From: an uncultured Bacteroidales bacterium
GTDB taxonomy: Bacteria; Bacteroidota; Bacteroidia; Bacteroidales; CAIXZF01
Direction: 5' to 3'
NCBI GenBank assembly: GCA_903923925.1
Contig: CAIXZF010000070.1
Coordinates: 1-59,018 of the forward strand
DNA length: 59,018 nucleotides
In this document: positions 37,376 through 44,668 of the stretch, one piece after another
Layout: each line of letters starts with the position of its first letter
Position numbering within the stretch: the stretch's first letter is position 1
Made by a program: the position numbers and the translations under genes
Notes under the pieces: generated by a model
What the model was told of the DNA's origin: nothing
Database searches by the model: none
The model's input: the letters and a program-made list of their open reading frames with translations, nothing else

Positions 37376-38365
37376 TCAATTATTATTTTTACTATCGATA
37401 TTCGGTGCAAAAACCCTTACCATTTTCTTTACAGGATCAAGTACTATAATTCTATCCTTTGAATCAACACAAAGATCCAATCCCCTGGTGCCTTCTTTGA
37501 ACGACTGCGGTAGTGCTACTACACATTTCAACTTTCCTTCCGAAGTGTATATTTTAACCCTTTCAATCCCTTTTTCACTTGTCACAAAAGAACCATCTTT
37601 CAGTATTGTAAAGTGGGATGGATTACAGCATCCACAAAAGCCCTCTATCTCCATAGAAGTAATACCCCAGCTTTTGATGAGATTCCCTTCAAAATCAAAC
37701 TTCTCCATCAGATGTCGGCCAGGATTAGCAACCCAGAATTCATTTATTCCGGAAATTCCGAGATCAAAATACGGACTTGGCACCACAAAACCAGGAATAC
37801 CCCTGTGTGGGTCTTTATCACCGATATGCCCAATTAACTTGCCAGAAATATCATATTGGTAAACGCTTGTTAAGCCGGCATCTGCCACAAATACATTCTT
37901 ACCATCGCTGGAAATTGAAGTAATAATTGATGATTGACTCACCGGTTCCCATTTCTCCTTCAGTTTACCATCCATGTCAAGAATTTCAATCCGATCTTCC
38001 ATACCAAGGAGGATATTTTTATCCGGATCTATTGTAATGCATAAAGCATTTCCATCAAGAGCTATTCTTTTGAGAAGATTACCAGTTTTAGTAAAGATTT
38101 CAAGAAATTTATTCCCAGCAACATAGATCCTGTCGGAATAATCCGTAGCAACACCATGCATCTCAAGCATTTGTGGTCGGAAGGCAAGGTTTTCATTATA
38201 GGACACACTTACAGAATCAAACTTATTCAGGTGTTGTATATCATATTCATAAGGATTGCTTTTACTGTATTTAACACTACTATTACTGAAAAGATCGTGT
38301 GCGATGTATGTCACTACTGAAAAAAATAAGGCTAAACCAGCAATGATTAATATTTTATGTTTCAT
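37376..38365 (-). CDS. NHL-repeat beta-propeller protein, secreted or N-terminally anchored
   Basis: N-terminal hydrophobic 'ILIIAGLALFFSVVTYIA'. NHL-like units 'KNVFVADAGLTSVYQYDISGKLIGHIG' and 'EFWVANPGRHLMEKFDFEGNLIKSWG'. Confidence 0.6.
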   Translation of the reverse strand: MKHKILIIAGLALFFSVVTYIAHDLFSNSSVKYSKSNPYEYDIQHLNKFDSVSVSYNENLAFRPQMLEMHGVATDYSDRIYVAGNKFLEIFTKTGNLLKRIALDGNALCITIDPDKNILLGMEDRIEILDMDGKLKEKWEPVSQSSIITSISSDGKNVFVADAGLTSVYQYDISGKLIGHIGDKDPHRGIPGFVVPSPYFDLGISGINEFWVANPGRHLMEKFDFEGNLIKSWGITSMEIEGFCGCCNPSHFTILKDGSFVTSEKGIERVKIYTSEGKLKCVVALPQSFKEGTRGLDLCVDSKDRIIVLDPVKKMVRVFAPNIDSKNNN

Positions 38366-38366
38366 G

Positions 38367-39842
38367 CTATTTTGCTTTAATGTCGATGCAAACCATTTGC
38401 TTCGAATCTCTCATTAATAAATATCCGCCCGTAATTGCAAGAGGTCCCCATGAATCTTGTCCGTCGATGATTTTCTTTTTACCGAGGACTTTAAATCCTG
38501 ATGGAGAAGCAGTTGCAATAGTTAGTTCACCATCATCATTGAGGATGAAGAACTTGTTATCGGCGAGTATATAAGGCCCGAGACCAAATCTAACTGTTTT
38601 TCCGCTACTCATTATCATTTTCATACAATTATCCGATTTGTAGCATACAAACTGGTTACGGGTTTCACCTGCATCCTTGGGCTGAACACCATAAACATAT
38701 CCTTTATAGAAAACAGGTGTTTGCTGCTCTGAGGCCATCCCTTCCAGTGGCTTATATTTTTGTAGTACTTCCGCAGAAAAAGTTCCTCTGTTCTCTTTAA
38801 GTTGGATAAGTAAACTTCCAGCACCATATCCTGCGGTAAACAGGATTTTTCCATCATCAAGAATACAGGGTGAAGGCGCAACTACCGAGGGTGAAAATGC
38901 AGTGGATTCCCAAAGTATTTTTCCCTTGTTTTTACCACTGCCAGAAACTCCGCAAATTCCACCAATGGCAATGTAAACATACATTTTTTCTCCGTTGAAG
39001 GTCATTGGCATTATTGATGAATGCGACATTTTCCAGTTATGCGGATTGGGAGTTTCCCAAACTTTTTTACCTGTTTTGCAATCTATTCCTATTAAAAGAG
39101 AGCTTCCTCCGGTTGCAATAATTGCTGTATCCTTGTCAATTAACGGGCATTGTCCGGTATACCAGAATGGCACCTCTGTTTTGTATTCCTTTGCCAGATC
39201 AATTCCCCAGTTTAATTTTCCACTGATCCTGTCAACGCACATCACCTGGCAGCGAGGACCTATAGTAAGCACGTATTTTTCATTCACAGCCGGAATGGTC
39301 CTTGATAAGCCATGATTTCTTTTCAACTTTACATGATACCAGCGCCTCCATAATTCAACCCCGCTTTTCAGGGAAAAACAGCGGAGCATATCCGATCTTT
39401 TAATTTCGTCATAATCAATAAGATAAACCCGGCCATCATACACTGCTGCTGCTGCATGTCCTTCTCCCAGACTTACTTTCCATAAAATTTTCGGTGCTCC
39501 TGCATCAAAGTTAGTTATGAGACGAATGTTCTCTCTGTTGATGTTATCGAAATCAGCTCCCCTGAAACGCGGCCAGCGGGTATCCGGTATATCAGTAACG
39601 CTTGTAAATGTCGAAAAACTATCGCCAATGATCACTTGTTCGGGAGGAAGCTGATTACCCTTATTCTTGTTGTCCATTCCTGGAACCGATAAGGTAAAGG
39701 TTTTAACAGGATTGTATGCCAGCCACCAAATCAGGATAACAACAGCAATAATTGCTATTGAAATGAGAACAAGACTGGCAGGTTTTCTGAACATTCTCCT
39801 ATTTTTTTCTTCTGATATCATAGGCGAGCAAAACCTGACCAT
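38367..39842 (-). CDS. Membrane-anchored PQQ-like beta-propeller protein with a single N-terminal TM
   Basis: TM 'LVLISIAIIAVVILIWWLAY'. 'WPRFRGADFDN' motif. Repeats 'QVMCVDRISGKLNWGI' and 'LIGIDCKTGKKVWET'. The alternative ATG at 39794 would remove the 44-nt overlap with the upstream gene. Confidence 0.7.
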   Translation of the reverse strand: MVRFCSPMISEEKNRRMFRKPASLVLISIAIIAVVILIWWLAYNPVKTFTLSVPGMDNKNKGNQLPPEQVIIGDSFSTFTSVTDIPDTRWPRFRGADFDNINRENIRLITNFDAGAPKILWKVSLGEGHAAAAVYDGRVYLIDYDEIKRSDMLRCFSLKSGVELWRRWYHVKLKRNHGLSRTIPAVNEKYVLTIGPRCQVMCVDRISGKLNWGIDLAKEYKTEVPFWYTGQCPLIDKDTAIIATGGSSLLIGIDCKTGKKVWETPNPHNWKMSHSSIMPMTFNGEKMYVYIAIGGICGVSGSGKNKGKILWESTAFSPSVVAPSPCILDDGKILFTAGYGAGSLLIQLKENRGTFSAEVLQKYKPLEGMASEQQTPVFYKGYVYGVQPKDAGETRNQFVCYKSDNCMKMIMSSGKTVRFGLGPYILADNKFFILNDDGELTIATASPSGFKVLGKKKIIDGQDSWGPLAITGGYLLMRDSKQMVCIDIKAK

Positions 39843-41049
39843 GCCTGATATACATCACTCCTTTATGTATTACAGGGTGGGAAAAATGTTCCTTTGTGCC
39901 GACCGTAATTTTAAATGTGCTAACGATTTCCGGTTTATTTTTGTTCGGACGAATCAGGTAAACATCTCCGGGAATAGAATAATAATAAAGCAGATTATCA
40001 GCATAAATAACTGATCCTCTGCCAATCTTCAGGGAATCAAGTGCCTGCCCGGTATTTGCATCAAAAACCCTGAAGTCTTTCCTGCTGAAATAGCAGGAAT
40101 ACAGATAATCACCCAGCTTAATAAAGCCTCCCATATAATTGTCAATCACATCGTTGCGCCAGAGCTGTGTTACTTCTTTGCCATCTTCTGAGAGTTTTAG
40201 TTTTACAGCGCCATTGCCATCGCCTTCAAAGTAATAAATGAAACCATCTTCATACCAGGCTGAGTTGCTGTGCGTATCACCATTTCCTGATTTACGCTCC
40301 TCAACTGGAATATTTACCTGCTCATGTGTCCATAAAAGTTCTCCGGTTTTTGCATCAATACCAAGCATTGCATAGGCAGTGAACGTAACAAGCAGTGTTC
40401 TTGAAGGCAGTGTTATCAGAATTGGTGAATTATAGGCAGGAGATTCCCCTTTTCCCTTACAGATCCAAACAATTTTCCCTGAGAAACGGTTAAACGCAAC
40501 CACGTTAGTGTCAATTCCCCCTGGGACAAGGTAAACAAGATCATTGTATATCAATGGCGATTCTGAATGTCCATGATAAGTGAACCTTCCATGAAGATCT
40601 TTGACCATATCCACAAACCATTTTCTAGTACCGGTTTTCAATTCAAAACATGCCAGGTTTCCCAGGCCTGAACAGGTATAGATCAAATCCTCAGTAACAG
40701 TGGGAGTTGACCGCGATCCGGGGAAAGTTTTTACCCATTCTTTGCCGTAATCCGACCTCCATTGCAGTTTGCCTTTATGGTCGAATGCGAAAAGATAGCC
40801 AATGCTGTCTTTTTCACCCATAACATAAATCCTGTCTTCAGTAATTGAAGGTGATCCATATCCATTTCCGATGCTATCGGCCTGCCATCGCTGAGCAGGC
40901 CCTCCCTCAGGCCAGCTTGTTAATAGGTCATTTTCAACGAAAATACCTTTCCGCTCAATCCCTCTCCATTGTGCAAAAGCCTGGGAATAAGAATAATAAC
41001 CTGAAGCTGTTAAAACCAGAACAAGAATAACCCGAACAATTGCCTTCAT
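39799..41049 (-). CDS. Secreted PQQ-like beta-propeller protein
   Basis: Signal peptide 'MKAIVRVILVLVLTASGYYSYSQA'. 'AQWRGIERKG' motif. PQQ-type repeats 'YLFAFDHKGKLQWRS', 'LACFELKTGTRKWFV', 'VVAFNRFSGKIVWIC', 'MLGIDAKTGELLWTH'. Confidence 0.75.
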   Translation of the reverse strand: MKAIVRVILVLVLTASGYYSYSQAFAQWRGIERKGIFVENDLLTSWPEGGPAQRWQADSIGNGYGSPSITEDRIYVMGEKDSIGYLFAFDHKGKLQWRSDYGKEWVKTFPGSRSTPTVTEDLIYTCSGLGNLACFELKTGTRKWFVDMVKDLHGRFTYHGHSESPLIYNDLVYLVPGGIDTNVVAFNRFSGKIVWICKGKGESPAYNSPILITLPSRTLLVTFTAYAMLGIDAKTGELLWTHEQVNIPVEERKSGNGDTHSNSAWYEDGFIYYFEGDGNGAVKLKLSEDGKEVTQLWRNDVIDNYMGGFIKLGDYLYSCYFSRKDFRVFDANTGQALDSLKIGRGSVIYADNLLYYYSIPGDVYLIRPNKNKPEIVSTFKITVGTKEHFSHPVIHKGVMYIRHGQVLLAYDIRRKK

Positions 41050-41053
41050 GGTA

Positions 41054-42268
41054 TTATTGTTTTAGATTGTACACCATCAGCGAGGTTCCATGCCGAACAT
41101 AGAGCCGGCCATTTGCAATAACCAGGTGAGCCCAATGCTGATTTGCCCCAAAGGGTACTTTAAAACTGCTGATTTTCTTATAGCCGGTAGAAAGAGGTTC
41201 GACCAATGCGATTTCACCACTTTCACCATAACAATATAACATTCCATCCGCCGAAATGATAGTTCCCCTGTTCACAGGCTTTTCTGAGCCAAGTTCTTTT
41301 CCGGTTTTCCAGTCGAGACTCCACCAGGCTTTACCTGAATCGTCAGAGCCATAAATAATCCCATTAAGCAGAACAAAGCCGCCCATTCTGTTGTCAAGTG
41401 AAGTATTCCGCCACAATTCTGTTACTGAACTGCCATCAGCAGCCACTTTGAGCATAATCCCTCCTTTGCCATATCCTGAAGCACAATAAAGCTGACCATC
41501 ATGAAATAATGGAGTATTTGCGTGTACAGAGTATTTATTCGGCCACTCCTGGCTCCACAATAATGTACCGTTTTCAGCATCAATACCCAGAATAGAGCTG
41601 GCTGTTTGTGTTACAACAATTTTACGATTTGGCAAACGTATCAGTGCAGGGGAACAATATGCACTTTTCTCACCATTTCCCTTACACGACCACAAAAGCT
41701 TCCCGCTCATCCTGTCAAGAGCTATTACATTCTTTTCTTTTCCGCCTGCAGTGCAGAATAATTTATTCCCATCAGCAAGCAGGTTTTCTGTAACGCCCCA
41801 TTGTATATTCTCTGCGCCATAATCTTTCATGATATCAACTTCCCAGATTTTAGCGCCATTTTCAGCAGTCATACACACAATCTTACCAAAAGAACTCATA
41901 ATGTAGAGTTTCCCATCATAAAACAGTGGGGTTGAACGGACTCCCGGCCAGCTTTCTGTCCATTCTTCTGCAAATGGAACCTGCCAGAGCAGCTTCCCAT
42001 CCAGTGAAAAAGCAAAGATAGTGCCCATTCCACTGATAGTACCCGCTGTATAAACGCGGTCTTTTGTAACTGCTGCTGAGGAATGTCCGTCGCCCAGCTC
42101 ATCAAAATGCCACAAAAGTGCAGGTCCAGCTTCTGGCCAGGCCTTACTTAAACCGGTTTCAGCATAGATTCCATCGCGGTTAATTCCGCGCCATTGAGCA
42201 ATTTCCTGTGAAAATACAAGGTTTCCAACAAAGAAAAGAAGGCAGAGAAGTGTAATTTTTTTTAGCAT
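41054..42268 (-). CDS. Secreted PQQ-like beta-propeller protein, paralogue of 39799..41049
   Basis: Signal peptide 'MLKKITLLCLLFFVGNLVFSQE'. 'AQWRGINRDG' motif. Repeats 'IFAFSLDGKLLWQV', 'IVCMTAENGAKIWEV', 'VIALDRMSGKLLWSC', 'ILGIDAENGTLLWSQ'. Confidence 0.75.
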   Translation of the reverse strand: MLKKITLLCLLFFVGNLVFSQEIAQWRGINRDGIYAETGLSKAWPEAGPALLWHFDELGDGHSSAAVTKDRVYTAGTISGMGTIFAFSLDGKLLWQVPFAEEWTESWPGVRSTPLFYDGKLYIMSSFGKIVCMTAENGAKIWEVDIMKDYGAENIQWGVTENLLADGNKLFCTAGGKEKNVIALDRMSGKLLWSCKGNGEKSAYCSPALIRLPNRKIVVTQTASSILGIDAENGTLLWSQEWPNKYSVHANTPLFHDGQLYCASGYGKGGIMLKVAADGSSVTELWRNTSLDNRMGGFVLLNGIIYGSDDSGKAWWSLDWKTGKELGSEKPVNRGTIISADGMLYCYGESGEIALVEPLSTGYKKISSFKVPFGANQHWAHLVIANGRLYVRHGTSLMVYNLKQ

Positions 42269-42540
42269 AAGAAGGAATTTAATTGAAGGTATAAATTTAG
42301 GATTTTATCGTTAATATCCTGCACAAGTGGGCTTATTGAAATTGATTCCTGATGGATACACTTTGTTAAATTTTTCCAAAAAATAATTTGGTGTCGTTCA
42401 TTAATATCCGTAACTTATATTGCTTTTTGCAAACGTGGTTTTGAAGGGGTTCTGGATATCTAAATCATACAAAACCAAAGTATTATAAAAGATGACTTGG
42501 GTTTTTACCCAAAAATCAGCAAACTTTAATCACTAACAAT

Positions 42541-44613
42541 ATGTATTCTCTAAGTTTAATGTTAACAGGAATTGGAATCCTCGTTTTCCTAATCATTATT
42601 TTTAATTCTGTCGTTGTGGTTGGTGGCCGAAGCCTGGCAATGATCGAAAGACGCTATTTCGGAACCAATATGCCACAAGGCAGGGTAATTGCCATGAAAA
42701 ACGAAATCGGCGTACAGGCCCGAACTTTGGGCCCGGGAATGCATTTCCTTATTCCTTTTATTTACAAGGCCAGGAAGTCCGATTTTACCATTATTGGTGA
42801 AAATGAAGTGGGTATAATCGAATCCATTGACGGTTCGCCTGTGCTTCCCGGAAAAATCTTCGCCAGGGTTGTCGAAAACCATAATGCTTTCCAGGATGGT
42901 GAAGCATTCCTGATGAATGGTGGCGAAAAGGGACCTCAGATTTCTATTCTGCCTCCGGGAAATTACAGGATAAATATCGCATTGTTCACAGTAAAAAAGT
43001 TGCCTGTTGTTATTATTGATAAAGGTCAGATTGGTTTGGTTACTGCAATGGATGGTGACCCAATAAATCCAGGCCGCCTGCTTTCTCAGTTTGTCGAAGG
43101 CCACTCAAATTATGAGGATGGTGAACAATTCCTGAAAAAAGGAGGCCAAAAAGGTCCGCAATCGCAGATTTTGCTTCCAGGAACCTATCGTATTAATCTC
43201 GACCTCTTCAGGGTTGAGCTGCGCGAAGCAACTGTTATCCCTTCTGAAAAGGTTGGATTAATCACTGCGCTCGACGGTGAGCCGCTGCCGGAAACAGAAT
43301 ATGTAGCCAAATCGGTTCCTGATCACAGCGACTACCAGAATGTTTCAAAATTCCTTGCCGCCGGTGGACAGCGCGGACCGCAATACGATGTGCTCCGTCC
43401 GGGTACATATTATATTAATCCGCTGATGTTCAAAGCAGAGTTGGACGAAGTTGCCAGAGTAGAACGCGGGCAGGTAGCTGTTGTAATTTCAAACGTTGGT
43501 GATGAGCCTATTCATTCCAGTAAATTCGAAGATGAGAAAAAGCTGGAGGAGGTTCCTGTTGCACCAGATTCTACTACCATGTCGGAAGCCGAACAACGCG
43601 TAAAATACGGTATAGAGCGTTATGTGGTTCCTAAGGGATATCGTGGTATCCAGAAAGAAGTTGCTGGACCTGGTATTTACTATCTGAATCGTCGCGCTTT
43701 TATTGTTTATATTGTTGATACTACGAATATTACTATCGATTGGGATGAATCTGTGGATACCAAGTTCGATCCTCTGAAAGTGGTTTCACGAGATGGTTTT
43801 GAGATCAATGTTTCGGTGAAGGTGATTATCCGTGTTCGTCCCGACCAGGCTCCGTATATGGTGGCAAAAATCGGTTCCATCGACAACCTCATCAACCACG
43901 TGATCCATCCGATGATTGATTCTAGTTTCAGGAACCAGGCATCTTCTACTTCGGCTATGAATTTCCTTCAGGACAGGCAGGAAGAGCAACACAAGGCAGA
44001 AGAGCGTACCCGTACCGAACTCGAAAAGTATCATGTGGAGTGTGTTTCTGTGCTCATCTGCCAGATCAAACTGCCTCAGGAACTCATGGATACACAGACC
44101 AAAAAAATCATTGCCCAGCAGCAAACTTCCATGTACCAGGAGCAGCAGAAAGCCGAGCAAACCCGAATTGCTACAGAAAAGACCCGCTCAGAAGCCGAAC
44201 TTCAGAAACAGCTTGTTGAAGCAGAAATAGGAGTGAAAATTGCCGAACAAACCAAGGCTAAAACCATCCGTTTTGCCGAGGGTGAAGCCGAAAGTACCCG
44301 TATCCGTGCCGAGGGTGAAGCCAAAGGAATTATTGCAATTGGTAATGCCGAAGGCTCTAAAATTCAGGCAGTCGGAGAAGCTACAGCTAAAGCATATGAA
44401 CTTCAGAACAAAGCTATCGGGCAACAGGGTGTAACAGCCATTGAAATTGCCAAGCAAATCGCCATGGGACAGGTAAAAATTACGCCCGATTTCCTCGTTC
44501 AGGGCGATGACAAAGCCGGCAACCTGCTCTCCGGATATCTCATGAAACTGATTACCGATAAAAAAGAAATGCCTGCATCAACCAAAACTGAAGAAAAAGG
44601 CGAAACATTATAA
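42541..44613 (+). CDS. SPFH/flotillin-family membrane protein with four N-terminal ~70-aa internal repeats and a C-terminal Glu/Ala-rich coiled coil
   Basis: TM 'LMLTGIGILVFLIIIFNSVVVVGG'. Repeats 'GGEKGPQISILPPGNYRINIALFTV', 'GGQKGPQSQILLPGTYRINLDLFRV', 'GGQRGPQYDVLRPGTYYINPLMFKA'. SPFH core 'ISVKVIIRVRPDQAPYMVAKIGS'. C-terminus 'AEGEAESTRIRAEGEAKGIIAIGNAEGSKIQAVGEATAKA'. Confidence 0.75.
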   Translation: MYSLSLMLTGIGILVFLIIIFNSVVVVGGRSLAMIERRYFGTNMPQGRVIAMKNEIGVQARTLGPGMHFLIPFIYKARKSDFTIIGENEVGIIESIDGSPVLPGKIFARVVENHNAFQDGEAFLMNGGEKGPQISILPPGNYRINIALFTVKKLPVVIIDKGQIGLVTAMDGDPINPGRLLSQFVEGHSNYEDGEQFLKKGGQKGPQSQILLPGTYRINLDLFRVELREATVIPSEKVGLITALDGEPLPETEYVAKSVPDHSDYQNVSKFLAAGGQRGPQYDVLRPGTYYINPLMFKAELDEVARVERGQVAVVISNVGDEPIHSSKFEDEKKLEEVPVAPDSTTMSEAEQRVKYGIERYVVPKGYRGIQKEVAGPGIYYLNRRAFIVYIVDTTNITIDWDESVDTKFDPLKVVSRDGFEINVSVKVIIRVRPDQAPYMVAKIGSIDNLINHVIHPMIDSSFRNQASSTSAMNFLQDRQEEQHKAEERTRTELEKYHVECVSVLICQIKLPQELMDTQTKKIIAQQQTSMYQEQQKAEQTRIATEKTRSEAELQKQLVEAEIGVKIAEQTKAKTIRFAEGEAESTRIRAEGEAKGIIAIGNAEGSKIQAVGEATAKAYELQNKAIGQQGVTAIEIAKQIAMGQVKITPDFLVQGDDKAGNLLSGYLMKLITDKKEMPASTKTEEKGETL

Positions 44614-44614
44614 A

Positions 44615-44650
44615 TTCTGCAGGGACATGCCATGGCATGTCCCTGCAGAA
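44615..44650 (+). terminator. 36-bp perfect palindrome TTCTGCAGGGACATGCCATGGCATGTCCCTGCAGAA immediately after the stop codon. Terminator-like hairpin or protein-binding palindrome.
   Basis: The palindrome is visible directly and lies 1 nt after the TAA at 44611-13. It shares an 18-bp core with the palindrome at 28406-28423. Confidence 0.45.
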
Positions 44651-44668
44651 CATAAAGATTGTAGGCCT

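Noticed and set aside
39794-39842. 44-nt overlap between two beta-propeller genes, as a possible frameshift or pseudogene
   Set aside because: An in-frame ATG at 39794 (MFRKPASLVLISIAII...) lies 5 nt past the upstream stop. That resolves the overlap without invoking a frameshift.
33420-42268. PQQ-dependent alcohol or glucose dehydrogenases
   Set aside because: The propellers are only about 390-420 aa. They lack the extra length and cytochrome domains of quinoprotein dehydrogenases, and they resemble the BamB-like PQQ-repeat scaffold class. No pqq biosynthesis genes are in the window.
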